DNA of 64,000 nucleotides, from IMG/VR virus record IMGVR_UViG_3300045988_108221, positions 4,654 to 68,653 of that record, one strand, 5' to 3'. The notes beneath the pieces were generated by a model. That model had not been told where the DNA came from and made no database searches. It was given only the letters and a program-made list of their open reading frames with translations. Of the stretch, positions 19,088 through 28,457 are shown piece after piece. The translations under genes and the position numbers were made by a program. The DNA is from a virus. Numbering within the stretch: the stretch's first letter is position 1; each line of letters opens with the position of its first letter.

Positions 19088-20763
19088 CCTTTCATGAATG
19101 ATAGTGTGTCCATTCGTTTCTTACGAATTGTACCCATCGCACCAACATTGATAGTCGATGAGTTTTCTAAGAATTTAGATATACACCGTTCTAAACAGTC
19201 AGGTGCATCATCGTGGTCTTTTGGAAAGTTCTTAAGTTGACTTTCGAGAACACGATGGTTTTTGTTAAACTTGATGTATCCCTGCTTTATCTTTGGTGCA
19301 AGCGAGCGTATTCTAGTACCCTTGTTGTCGCTCGCTGTACTACGAGCAGAAATCCAGTTTACATACAGACCCATATCAACGGCGGTCTGCTGTAAAGTCT
19401 TAGAGAAGAACTCTTGGAATACGTTCTCTTCGACAATAAAACCGTCTAAACGACCATTATACTTGTCGAGATACAACAGTATATCATTAATAATAATATC
19501 TGGTGACCTGCGTTCAATGTCGGCTTCTAACACATAGAAATAATTATCTACGCCACGACCGACAAATATAATCGCAGAATAATCAGATGTTCGTGATTTA
19601 CCCATAGATAAATCGACAGATGCATATATCTGTTTCATCTTAGGTAAATTCGTTTCGTCATAATAGTTAGCCTTAATCCACGACTCTTTAAACACTCGAC
19701 TCGCTTCTGTCATAGGGTTGTTTTGATACTCTGAGTTGAACGCTTCATCGTCTTGCATACGCAAAATCATGAGTTCTTGATACCAGTTATCACGAGACAA
19801 TCTCATCTTCTCTTCGTATGAACAATCCATGTGTTCAAATAAACCAAAGTTACGACCCTCCCACATTATTTTGACACCGTCCATCATTTCATCTCGATGT
19901 TCCTCAAAATAATCGGCTGCGTTCTTTGCCGCATCTGGGTCTGACAAGTCGTTAAAGATTTCTTCCCAAACAGTCCAACAAGGACTTTCGGAAAACGTGT
20001 ATACAGCTTTATATATTGAACGATTCCAGTTATTAAATTTGGAGTCGGTCAACACTTTATATAGTAATGATTCATAATGCAATACCGAACCAACATACAA
20101 AAATACAGTTCGAGGATTGCCAATCGGCATCAATACTTTCATGAACCAATCATATAATTTCTTGCGTTGGTTTTCTGTTTCTACTGCTTCGTCATTCTCA
20201 AGGTCGTCCAAGATAACAACTTCTGGTCGAATATTGTTATAACTTGAACCACGTAAAGATTGACCGCTTGACTTTGCAAACACTTGGATTTTGTTCTTTG
20301 TGACAATCTTGTCGCTTGCCCATGTCTTATCACCTTTAAGAAGACCAAAGTCTTTTTTCAAACGTTCATTATCTTCTAGTTCGTCTTTTATCGTTTGAAT
20401 GAACTCCTTGGCTTGTTCAAAGGTATCAGATATAATCAGTATGTTCTTACGATAGCCATACACGATTAACCATATAGGGAACACGACCGAGATAATACGG
20501 CTCTTACCGTGACCTCGTGGTGCCGCACGAACAAATTTGTTATGCAAGTTATCAAAGTGCAGTATCATATTTTCTGCATCCCTAAACATCGAATGATGAA
20601 AGTCGCAGAATGGAGTAGAGAATATATGGGGGAAATATGTCTTGGCGAAGTGTTCCAAGTTTGTAGCACCAATATCTTTGTCAGTTGGTGTGTTATCACT
20701 TGGCTCTGTTGTCGCTCGAGATGCCCCTAGTAGCGTGTCTAAAATATTTTCAGCCATTAACAC
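19075..20763 (-). CDS. terL: terminase large subunit
   Basis: Walker A-like APRGHGKS, Walker B-like VVILDDLEND, C-terminal nuclease-type acidic motifs; 562 aa. Confidence 0.9.
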   Translation of the reverse strand: MLMAENILDTLLGASRATTEPSDNTPTDKDIGATNLEHFAKTYFPHIFSTPFCDFHHSMFRDAENMILHFDNLHNKFVRAAPRGHGKSRIISVVFPIWLIVYGYRKNILIISDTFEQAKEFIQTIKDELEDNERLKKDFGLLKGDKTWASDKIVTKNKIQVFAKSSGQSLRGSSYNNIRPEVVILDDLENDEAVETENQRKKLYDWFMKVLMPIGNPRTVFLYVGSVLHYESLLYKVLTDSKFNNWNRSIYKAVYTFSESPCWTVWEEIFNDLSDPDAAKNAADYFEEHRDEMMDGVKIMWEGRNFGLFEHMDCSYEEKMRLSRDNWYQELMILRMQDDEAFNSEYQNNPMTEASRVFKESWIKANYYDETNLPKMKQIYASVDLSMGKSRTSDYSAIIFVGRGVDNYFYVLEADIERRSPDIIINDILLYLDKYNGRLDGFIVEENVFQEFFSKTLQQTAVDMGLYVNWISARSTASDNKGTRIRSLAPKIKQGYIKFNKNHRVLESQLKNFPKDHDDAPDCLERCISKFLENSSTINVGAMGTIRKKRMDTLSFMKGWKR

Positions 20764-20785
20764 ACCTCCTTACAGAAAATTCGTT

Positions 20786-20820
20786 CTCTATATATAGTAT
20801 AAAACACTTTAATTTTGTAA
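20786..20820 (-). promoter_or_regulatory. 35-bp late-promoter-like element, copy R1
   Basis: Minus-strand TTACAAAATTAAAGTGTTTTATACTATATATAGAG, about 20 nt upstream of the terL SD. Confidence 0.55.
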
Positions 20821-20840
20821 CACTTTTTTGAGAAAAATTA

Positions 20841-21449
20841 TCAATTTTGTTGGATTTTTGCATAATTTGCCAATAAAATCTTATTATCTTTCATTTGTTC
20901 ACGCACTTTATTCGCCAAAGCAGGGTCTTCTTTATTGATAATATCCATAATCTCAACGATAATAGAGTTCATAGCTTGGAATGTATAAATTTTCTCTGCG
21001 ACTGTTTGCATATCCTTTAAGATAGACTGTTTTCTTGCGATATACTTCTCTTGGTCTAACATTAGGTCTTTCATACGTTTGTAGACAACATCGGCATCCG
21101 AAGAACCAGTCGCTTGTTGACATTGCAAGTCGTCTATGAACAGTTGTATCATCTCGATTTGTGTCTCAACCATATCAAGTAAGTTCTTTTGTTGGTTATA
21201 GGTGTTAACCACTTCAGTTTCTTCCGATGGTTGCATCTCTTGTACCAAGTTTGTGCGACACCAATCACCGACCATCTTAGGCGTAATCAAGATATTCTGT
21301 AGCTCGCCCTTATGTTCTTTATTTAGTTGTCGAGCGATTGCCGTATAAGATTTACCAGCGTTTCGCCAATCGGTTACATAGTCGCCAAGACCGAAAAAGT
21401 CAATGCGGTTCTCATAACCCTTTTTACGCTTTAATGCGACTTCATTCAT
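20841..21449 (-). CDS. terS: terminase small subunit (putative)
   Basis: 202 aa directly upstream of terL. N-terminal HTH-like SYTAIARQLNKEHKG, coiled-coil rest. Confidence 0.55.
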   Translation of the reverse strand: MNEVALKRKKGYENRIDFFGLGDYVTDWRNAGKSYTAIARQLNKEHKGELQNILITPKMVGDWCRTNLVQEMQPSEETEVVNTYNQQKNLLDMVETQIEMIQLFIDDLQCQQATGSSDADVVYKRMKDLMLDQEKYIARKQSILKDMQTVAEKIYTFQAMNSIIVEIMDIINKEDPALANKVREQMKDNKILLANYAKIQQN

Positions 21450-21484
21450 AATATCAAATTCTCCAAAAATATTTCAAAAAGTTG

Positions 21485-21513
21485 TTGACATAATATATCC
21501 TGTAATGTATCAT
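21485..21513 (+). promoter_or_regulatory. sigma70-type promoter for the recombinase cassette
   Basis: TTGACA (21485-21490), 17-nt spacer, TATCAT (21508-21513). Confidence 0.65.
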
Positions 21514-21553
21514 ATAAGTAGAAATCATGGAAACACACAGGAGGAAACATATC

Positions 21554-22084
21554 ATGGCTAATACAACAGAACCAATTAGAAATCTATCAAAAGTCCAAGA
21601 AATGAAACAAGCACTAGGGAATGACCGAGATAAAATGTTGTTCACTCTTGGCATTAACTCTGGTCTCCGCATCAGCGACCTTGTCGGTCTCACAGTCGAT
21701 GATGTTAAACCAGAGATGGAATTGTATGAACAAAAGACAGGTAAGTTCAAACGGTTTATGTTATCTAAAGAGGTCTACGCATTGTTATGCGAATACGCAA
21801 GCCGATGCAAGCATTGGTTATTTCCAAGTCGCTCTGGTGACGGACATATCTCGACCGTACAAGCGTGGAGGAAAATCAAAGCTGCATCCGTGAAATGTGG
21901 TTTAGATAACATCGGTACGCACTCGATGCGTAAAACATTTGGATACCATGCGTATCGCAAAGGTGTACCGATTGCGTACCTTATGCAAGTCTTTAATCAT
22001 TCCTCGGAAGCAATCACAATGCGATACATTGGTATCACAACAGAGGAATTAAATACTAAAGTGTATGCCATTATGGCTTTATAA
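21554..22084 (+). CDS. minimal tyrosine recombinase (catalytic domain only)
   Basis: Start at ATG 21554 behind AGGAGG. Catalytic signature present: GLRISD (Arg), KTGKFK (Lys), HSMRKT (H..R), NHSSEAITMRY (His, Tyr). Only about 25 aa precede the catalytic domain. Confidence 0.8.
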   Translation: MANTTEPIRNLSKVQEMKQALGNDRDKMLFTLGINSGLRISDLVGLTVDDVKPEMELYEQKTGKFKRFMLSKEVYALLCEYASRCKHWLFPSRSGDGHISTVQAWRKIKAASVKCGLDNIGTHSMRKTFGYHAYRKGVPIAYLMQVFNHSSEAITMRYIGITTEELNTKVYAIMAL

Positions 22085-22099
22085 CAGGAGGAATCACTT

Positions 22100-22354
22100 A
22101 TGATTGCAATTATTTTATTATTACTATTGGTTACCGCAGTTAGTCTTGCGATTGCATTGGTTGTCGGATGGGTAACATCTCCACGCACCGCAGGTATTCT
22201 GTATATTGTTGTCGCTGGCATGTATGGAGCATCCACCGTAAGCAATATCGCTGACGGAACTGTCAAGTTTGGTGACTCTTGGTTGGCTTTTGCAATTTGT
22301 GCAATTTTTGTCTACCTTGGATTGCGATTTATTGCTGAGTTCCCAGAGTATTAA
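22100..22354 (+). CDS. small integral membrane protein (about 3 TM)
   Basis: AGGAGG SD. Hydrophobic segments MIAIILLLLLVTAVSLAIALVVGW.., ILYIVVAGMYG.., WLAFAICAIFVYLGL. Confidence 0.6.
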   Translation: MIAIILLLLLVTAVSLAIALVVGWVTSPRTAGILYIVVAGMYGASTVSNIADGTVKFGDSWLAFAICAIFVYLGLRFIAEFPEY

Positions 22355-22371
22355 TCACAAAGTCTTTTAAA

Positions 22372-22422
22372 GGGCATACATAGGTTTATATCTTAGGATA
22401 TATTCTTATGTATGCCCTTTTT
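22372..22422 (+). terminator. terminator of the plus-strand cassette
   Basis: 11-bp stem GGGCATACATA / TATGTATGCCC (22372-22382 / 22407-22417) followed by TTTTT. The 24-nt loop carries an operator-like box. Confidence 0.65.
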
Positions 22423-22722
22423 GTGTTTCTTGGGTTACATCTGTATGTTTCATTTGTAGTCTCACACGTATGTTAACAGGTTTGGTCTCAAACACAATAT
22501 CTGACTATAAGGCAAACACGTTAGTGTTTATTGTCGAAGACAATCTTATAGGTTTAATACTTATGTATTCTTTAGAGTATTCCTTATAGATTGCTTCGCA
22601 ATATTCCTTACGGAATGTCTTTCAAGTCGGTTTCTTAAGTTTGGGGTAAAACCTTTTTCAAAAGCTGTTTCTTAAAACTCTTTCAAGAACGCACTTGCTT
22701 TCAAACCATAAGTTAAAACTCT

Positions 22723-22757
22723 CTCTACTTATAGGGTAAAACATTTGATTTTTGTAA
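22723..22757 (-). promoter_or_regulatory. 35-bp late-promoter-like element, copy R2
   Basis: Minus-strand TTACAAAAATCAAATGTTTTACCCTATAAGTAGAG. Points toward terS through the antisense strand of the recombinase cassette. Confidence 0.5.
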
Positions 22758-22939
22758 CACTTTTTTCTTAAAATTGGATAAATATTTTATTTTACATGGT
22801 AAAATTTACCCCTCAAAAATGCCACTCAGCTCAGTAAATATCTGTGTTTCAAGACTTGAAAAAATTTTTTCCAGTTTATGAGTAAAAAATGCCCCATAAG
22901 TCTTAAATCTATAAAATGCGATACAGGATTTTTAACTCG

Positions 22940-23234
22940 CATGGTACTAGGCTGGTGTCACACTCCTATGGTAGTGCTTGGGTTGGACGGCATCTGACCC
23001 ACATGGGATAAAATCGAACGAATGTACGTTGGTAAACACAACCATAGTATCGTGATGAATTTTCACAAGCACAACACTAGGGTCGTGATTTTGGATGGAA
23101 AATAGTTTGGCTGCGGCCTGTAGTTAGTCTGACTAAAAATAAAGCAATCACCATCCTATGATGGTGATTAACTATGTTGAAAAATATTGTCCAAACGATA
23201 CACAGTCCTAGTATTGCATCTCCCTAGTACCATG
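22940..23234. repeat. 12-bp perfect inverted repeat CATGGTACTAGG flanking a 271-bp segment
   Basis: CATGGTACTAGG at 22940-22951 and its reverse complement at 23223-23234. Part of a TACTAGG motif family (22945, 23207 inverted, 23223 inverted, 23257, 23293, 23744). Confidence 0.7.
23134..23169 (-). terminator. hairpin plus T-run in ORF-free DNA
   Basis: 10-bp stem AATCACCATC / GATGGTGATT (23146-23155 / 23160-23169), followed on the minus strand by GCTTTATTTTT. Confidence 0.45.
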
Positions 23235-23718
23235 TCACAAACTTATAATAACGCTATACTAGGAAAACATACATCAAAAAACATAATCATCATACTAGGG
23301 TTTACATATTATAGAAAATCATAAGTTACCTTGTATGCAACCCTAAAAATTTCTACAAAAATTTTAAACGATTGTATATTCGATAGACAACTCAAATTGG
23401 AAAATACGATTGTTCCATATGATGTTTCATATCTTAGACAATCTATTGAAACGATTGTTTTATCGATAGTATTTGCGATTGTTTTCTACATATGTTATGT
23501 GTTTAAATGTATGAAACCATAGATAAAACATGGGTTTGTAGACCATTGTATGGTGTGTTTTGTATATAGCCATTGTTTGTACTGGGGTATGTTTCTTATG
23601 TGTGGACTTAGGTATGCTCTTGGGTTTGTTATGATTATACCGCCCCCAGCTGAGAATGGTTCTCCCTTTTGGATATTGAAAATTTTCGATACGCTTAGGG
23701 GTGTCTCATTGGTTCATA

Positions 23719-23732
23719 TGAACATATGTTCA
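23719..23732. promoter_or_regulatory. 14-bp perfect palindrome TGAACATATGTTCA (GAAC-N4-GTTC core)
   Basis: Read directly; flanked by further CATATG half-sites (23715-23740). Confidence 0.6.
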
Positions 23733-24377
23733 CATATGCACCATACTAGGGTTAGTCAATCAATCGAATAGTATCAATGTAATAGAATATCTAATTGCTT
23801 ACATTCATTATCACTTGTATTCTCAATATGTAGATGTCATATATTGAAAACTATCGATATATATGTTTGTACATAGAGTATTCGTTCATGTATCAACTAA
23901 CGGTTTACAGTTGGGTAACATATGAGTAGATACTCATGTATGCACTATATGCATTATACCTATGATTTTAAGTAATGTTTAATATTGGTCTTGGCTGGCG
24001 GTGGTTGTAAAATTGTATTTTACACAATGTTTTTTATTTGGGTACATCAATAAGGGTTCAAAATTCTGTAGTATCACTCGCCTAAGTCAATGCCATTGTA
24101 CACCCTACGTACACTACCAAAGTACAACCACATCACAATACAATACGTTTATACATCTGTTACATACATGAGTAATACATATGTATAAAACAAATAAAAA
24201 TACAACGATATACAACGATTGTATATAACAGATATATTTACCGTTGTATGCTCATTTGTATTCGTTGCATATGTTTATATTCGAACGAGATTAAACGCAC
24301 CGTATAACTCAAATAAATCAATCGTTTATTCTCATTTAGTCGTGCGTATTGATAACGCCTGCGTTATGTGTAGCATA

Positions 24378-24391
24378 TGAACATACGTTCA
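24378..24391. promoter_or_regulatory. palindrome TGAACATACGTTCA (GAAC-N4-GTTC core)
   Basis: Read directly; one mismatch from the 23719 copy. Confidence 0.55.
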
Positions 24392-24440
24392 TATGTTATG
24401 TTTGTATGAATGGTTGTTTATATATTGAATATAAATATAA

Positions 24441-24465
24441 GCGGTACAGAAATGATCTGTACCGC
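24441..24465 (-). terminator. GCGGTAC-stem hairpin after gene 24476..24736
   Basis: 10-bp stem GCGGTACAGA / TCTGTACCGC with a 5-nt loop. The downstream T-run on the minus strand is weak. Confidence 0.45.
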
Positions 24466-24475
24466 TTGTTATTGT

Positions 24476-24736
24476 TTACATATAACATTCAACAAGACTT
24501 TGCACGGTATCTTTATTTACAGTATCAAGGCTATCCAAATATGTGCTATTTGTATGTATAGCTATTAACTTATTTTTATAGCCTTTTTTACTAATAATTT
24601 TAAATCTAATTAAATAGTTCCATCCTTCCATATCGTTAAAATATAGGAATTTTACTGATGTACATTTAATGTTATCAATTAAATGTAGATTTCTTTGTAA
24701 AAAGTCAAATAATGCATTATATGTATATGTTTTCAT
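24476..24736 (-). CDS. hypothetical protein (AT-rich cassette)
   Basis: Start moved to ATG 24736 (MKTYTYNALFDF..) behind AAGGGG; 86 aa. Confidence 0.5.
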   Translation of the reverse strand: MKTYTYNALFDFLQRNLHLIDNIKCTSVKFLYFNDMEGWNYLIRFKIISKKGYKNKLIAIHTNSTYLDSLDTVNKDTVQSLVECYM

Positions 24737-24753
24737 TTTAATAACCCCTTTTC

Positions 24754-24945
24754 TTAACATTCCCAATAATCAACAATATCATTATGGGCAGTAATTAAAT
24801 CAATCATGTGAAAATATAAATATTCTTTTGAACATTCCCATAACTCATTAGAATTATTATTAATAGTTGCCACATCATGAGCGTGATTTATTGCATAATC
24901 GATGTACACCATGGATATATACGTTATGAGACTGCCAAAATACAT
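24754..24945 (-). CDS. hypothetical protein (AT-rich cassette)
   Basis: 63-aa ORF; no convincing SD seen. Confidence 0.3.
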   Translation of the reverse strand: MYFGSLITYISMVYIDYAINHAHDVATINNNSNELWECSKEYLYFHMIDLITAHNDIVDYWEC

Positions 24946-24972
24946 ATGGTCTAAAAACGCTATATTTGCTTT

Positions 24973-25176
24973 CTAAGGCGTTTTATATGTTTTACATACA
25001 ATCATAAGCGAATGTTTTTACACGCACCCTATAGCGTAAAATAACGAATGTTTTATTGAGAAATGTTCTCAAAATATATGGATGCCTACGCTGGTGTTCT
25101 CATTTAGGATTTCTAATTGAGAATTGCTGCTTAAGGTGTACACGCAAGAAAAAGCGGTATCTATAAGGATACCGCC
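24973..25176. repeat. non-coding repeat module, copy A
   Basis: Aligns block by block with 28637-28810: TACAATCATAA, ATAACG, TTATTGAGAA, ACGCTGG, TTCTCATTT, TCTAATTGAGAAT, then a GGCGGTAT-stem hairpin. Confidence 0.65.
25146..25176 (-). terminator. rho-independent terminator after gene 25184..25495
   Basis: GCGGTATC / GATACCGC stem (25154-25161 / 25168-25175), followed on the minus strand by TTTTTC. Confidence 0.7.
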
Positions 25177-25183
25177 GTATAAA

Positions 25184-25495
25184 CTATAATTCATTTAGAG
25201 TGTTTTTGTAAACCGTGTATAATTCATGTTCAAGGAACGGCAACCATCTCCATTTATCCGCTTTGTCTAAAATCCTTTCATTGATAAACACAATTTCAGA
25301 TATAACATAAGCACGATAATTCATAGTATTTTCGTGTTCCTCTTTTACCCTACTAGGGTTATAACCGTAACACTCGGCATCTCGTAAGAAATTTAATAAT
25401 TTACCTTTATCTTTTGTAGGCTTGCCACTTGTAGCATAATTAGATACTACGTTCAATATAGCTTTTTTCGTGTATTCGTTTTTGATAGTAAACAT
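25184..25495 (-). CDS. hypothetical protein (AT-rich cassette)
   Basis: 103-aa ORF with a terminator directly downstream. Confidence 0.5.
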   Translation of the reverse strand: MFTIKNEYTKKAILNVVSNYATSGKPTKDKGKLLNFLRDAECYGYNPSRVKEEHENTMNYRAYVISEIVFINERILDKADKWRWLPFLEHELYTVYKNTLNEL

Positions 25496-25525
25496 TATTA
25501 TATTACCTCTTTTTATTCCTTTCGT

Positions 25526-25915
25526 TTATACGATATAACTACTTGCAACGGCGAGCCGTTCGCCGTCAATCATAATCTGAACACCTTTATATAAGTTAAT
25601 AGGTAGTAAATATCTTTGATGTGTATAACTATAAATATGCTCGTTTTCATAAATCAAAAATTGCCCTTGATTATTCTGTAATTTAACTTTATATAAATCA
25701 AACTTGATATAATACCGCCGTAAAACACGATTATTTTTATCAAGTAAGATATAAAACTCTTTGCCTTCGCTATCACATGGATAATAAGTGATAGCGTTAT
25801 CTATTTTATATAGTGTACCATTGTTATATAATCGGTTGCGTTTTTCTATTGTGATAGGTTTAAACTCTACCCACTTTAAACCATAATACACTTTTATGTT
25901 TTCTACTGTTTTCAT
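25526..25915 (-). CDS. hypothetical protein (AT-rich cassette)
   Basis: 129 aa; GGAGGG SD. Confidence 0.55.
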   Translation of the reverse strand: MKTVENIKVYYGLKWVEFKPITIEKRNRLYNNGTLYKIDNAITYYPCDSEGKEFYILLDKNNRVLRRYYIKFDLYKVKLQNNQGQFLIYENEHIYSYTHQRYLLPINLYKGVQIMIDGERLAVASSYIV

Positions 25916-25997
25916 GTGTTCCCTCCGATGTGATCACTTATGATTATATTCCACGGTTAAACACAAACGGTATAACCGTGGTTAAAAAATTCTTATG

Positions 25998-26066
25998 TTA
26001 TAATGTTTGATTGTTTTTCGTGCGTTGAATAAACACGATAATTAAACTTAATAAAACTAAAGCCAT
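25998..26066 (-). CDS. possible 22-aa hydrophobic peptide
   Basis: AAAGGGGA SD, then MALVLLSLIIVFIQRTKNNQTL. Below the ORF-track cutoff. Confidence 0.3.
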   Translation of the reverse strand: MALVLLSLIIVFIQRTKNNQTL

Positions 26067-26098
26067 ATAAATATGTTCCCCTTTCGATTGATAAGCAA

Positions 26099-26401
26099 CT
26101 ATAGATATAACTCATCAAGATAATATAGCAAATCAAGATATCTATTGAGAGACTTTATAAAGTCATTCAAATTGTTGTATTCCTTATGTGTTCCCTTAAC
26201 AGTAATAAAACAATAATTATTACCTTGCACAAATATATGTATATCGTAGTCATGATATAATAACGTATGTATTTTATCGTATTCTACATAGCTATAAAAC
26301 ATATAACTTTCTGCATATGTGATAATTTCATAATCTTTTGACATATCAAATATAAATGCATTTAGGTTTATAATCTTATGTATATTATCTTTTGTTTTCA
26401 T
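26099..26401 (-). CDS. hypothetical protein (AT-rich cassette)
   Basis: 100 aa; AGGGGTG SD. Confidence 0.55.
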   Translation of the reverse strand: MKTKDNIHKIINLNAFIFDMSKDYEIITYAESYMFYSYVEYDKIHTLLYHDYDIHIFVQGNNYCFITVKGTHKEYNNLNDFIKSLNRYLDLLYYLDELYL

Positions 26402-26411
26402 ATTTTCACCC

Positions 26412-26771
26412 CTAACAATAAACTACAAATGGACTATACATATCTGTGTATGCAACACATGATTCACAACAAATATTTCTAAATGTTTTTTCATAGTCAA
26501 TCGATATCCAATACGGTAAATCACCATATAAACCACTTTCATAAAAATATAAGTCTATATAATTATAAATATCTGTATAATACCAACAATCACCATTTTT
26601 AATATATTCGCTTGACTCGTCAATATTCAAATCTTGACTTAAAATGTCAAGCATATCCATTTCATATTCTGAAAATTCGTTGATACACTCAAGAAAATCA
26701 TGCAATCCATCAAGTGTTCCTAACTCGTTTTTATATTGTCGTGCATATTGTAACAATGTTATAAATTCCAT
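26412..26771 (-). CDS. ArdA-like antirestriction protein (C-terminal domains only)
   Basis: YNYIDLYFYESGLYGDLPYWISIDYEKTFRN parallels the Tn916 ArdA segment YDVARYYIEETGALGEVPASLQNYIDYQAYGRD (from memory). Acidic; lacks the ArdA N-terminal domain. Confidence 0.4.
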   Translation of the reverse strand: MEFITLLQYARQYKNELGTLDGLHDFLECINEFSEYEMDMLDILSQDLNIDESSEYIKNGDCWYYTDIYNYIDLYFYESGLYGDLPYWISIDYEKTFRNICCESCVAYTDMYSPFVVYC

Positions 26772-26782
26772 GTTGTACCTCT

Positions 26783-27367
26783 TTAACCGTTAATTTCTGT
26801 AATAAGTCCGATATCTTCACCGTCAATAGTAAAATAGTATTGACTACAATAATTTATTAATTCCTTTGTATCTAATAAGTCATTATGGTTATTATGATAA
26901 TGTTCTATAATTAATTCTATATCTTTATCAAAATCATAAAAACTTTGTTGTAATTTTCTCCATTCGTTCGCAAGTTGTAAACATTCGCTATCAGATAATA
27001 AAAGATAATTCTCTAACTTAAAGCCGTTAACATCAAATATTTGATATTTTACGTTTTCGCCGTTTATGTCTGCATTAGGTAAAACAAAACGAATAAGCAA
27101 TGATAATTTTTTATTATCGTTTATAAACATTTCTAAAGCATCACCATAATAGCTATATTTATAAAGACATTGATAATGAGTAGTAATATTATATTCTTTT
27201 TCTTGTACATTAGATAATAATATCATATCAATAAGTTCGTCAATCATTCCATTATGAATGATATTATCAAGCATATTTTTCTTTATTTTATTTTGTACAT
27301 CAATAGATAATTCATTATATTCATATATATTAATTGTCTTTGTTTCTGTTTTTGTAATTGTTTTCAT
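26783..27367 (-). CDS. hypothetical protein (AT-rich cassette)
   Basis: Start moved to ATG 27367 (MKTITKTETKTINIYEYNELS..) behind AAGAGG; 194 aa. Confidence 0.5.
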   Translation of the reverse strand: MKTITKTETKTINIYEYNELSIDVQNKIKKNMLDNIIHNGMIDELIDMILLSNVQEKEYNITTHYQCLYKYSYYGDALEMFINDNKKLSLLIRFVLPNADINGENVKYQIFDVNGFKLENYLLLSDSECLQLANEWRKLQQSFYDFDKDIELIIEHYHNNHNDLLDTKELINYCSQYYFTIDGEDIGLITEING

Positions 27368-27368
27368 T

Positions 27369-27635
27369 TTAACCTCTTTCAATAATCATATATAATTCTT
27401 CATTATTTACTTTTTCAATGTGTAACGGCGAAAATTTTCGAATAAATCTATTTAAGTATTTAGATGTGGTATGAGAATATTTTTCTCTATCTTGATACAT
27501 TACATCATTTTTACTATCATATACGGCAATCAAAGTATTATAACTTTGAAAAGCTGTTAGATTTAAACAGATATTAATAATAAATTGATTGGGAACCGTG
27601 TTACCCTTACTACTTAACATATTTTGTACTAACAT
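27369..27635 (-). CDS. conserved phage/plasmid protein of unknown function
   Basis: The pattern NQFII....FQSYNTLIA....YSHTTSKYLNRFI recalls a widespread unnamed phage/plasmid family (memory only). Confidence 0.5.
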   Translation of the reverse strand: MLVQNMLSSKGNTVPNQFIINICLNLTAFQSYNTLIAVYDSKNDVMYQDREKYSHTTSKYLNRFIRKFSPLHIEKVNNEELYMIIERG

Positions 27636-27748
27636 AATTTTTGCCCTTTCATTCGTTCCAATACGGTATATACTCTATTCATACCGTACACCATAGCCAC
27701 AGTAAACACCATAGCCAAAACATTTTTTAAAATCATAGATAATTCCAT
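27629..27748 (-). CDS. possible 39-aa membrane peptide
   Basis: MELSMILKNVLAMVFTVAMVYGMNRVYTVLERMKGQKLC. Stop overlaps the next start (ATGTTAG). First ORF after promoter 27900-27928. Confidence 0.35.
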   Translation of the reverse strand: MELSMILKNVLAMVFTVAMVYGMNRVYTVLERMKGQKLC

Positions 27749-27899
27749 AGGCTACACCCTTTCGATTAAATATATAACCTTTTCTATGGTCTTATTGTAC
27801 CGCTTAGTAGGTGCAATGTACAATAGTTTTTATCTATGGTTGCCATAGTTTTAAGCTATGGCGGTACACCATTGAATACCGCTATACAATAGATATATA

Positions 27900-27928
27900 T
27901 AAATACCACAAAAACACGAATTTGTCAA
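27900..27928 (-). promoter_or_regulatory. sigma70-type promoter for cassette 27748->25184
   Basis: Minus-strand TTGACA (27928-27923), 17-nt spacer ending in TGG, then TATTTA. Confidence 0.55.
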
Positions 27929-28259
27929 ATTTTAGCAAAAACCAAGCGTAAATGAGAATGTCTCTCAATAAAACGTTTAAATATTTGCGTTCTAAGGTCT
28001 GTCTAAAGTCTCCGCCTTATGATTGTATGCAAAAAGTCAAAAACGCCGTACAACGCAAATAAATCAATTCTAGAGGTATTGTCTAAATGAGAATGACGGT
28101 GGTATCTTTTGTATGCATACATAAGTTATGAATTTGTTTGTCTACAATAGACACCGTTGTATATCGAATGTTTTCTATATGTTATTAACAAATATAATCA
28201 TTATTGACTAATAGCTAAAATTTTCGATATGGTTTACGCAGGCGGTGGTCGTGCAATAT

Positions 28260-28457
28260 GGTTGTATGCAATCGAATTTCACGCAACGGTTTTTCATCTG
28301 AATATATGTTCATATGTTCACACATCGGTTATATGAATAAGTTTTCATATGAACATACATTCATTTGAAAACATATGAATATATGCTCATGTATTCATTT
28401 ATTGAACACATGAAAGTATGTTCAATTATTCATATGTTATAATCGGTTGTATGCAAT
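28260..28457. repeat. CATATG-palindrome array bracketed by 13-bp direct repeats
   Basis: GGTTGTATGCAAT at 28260-28272 and 28445-28457. Between them are 4 CATATG sites (28311, 28346, 28372, 28431) inside TTCATATGAA / GAACATA..TTC-type palindromes. Confidence 0.7.

Noticed and set aside
21454-21750. 98-aa minus-strand ORF
   Set aside because: It is antisense to the well-supported recombinase gene and its promoter, and has no SD.
23331-23771. Two plus-strand ORFs (63 and 73 aa) in the first island
   Set aside because: They have non-ATG or unsupported starts and no SD. They run across the TACTAGG and CATATG repeat boxes and have odd composition.
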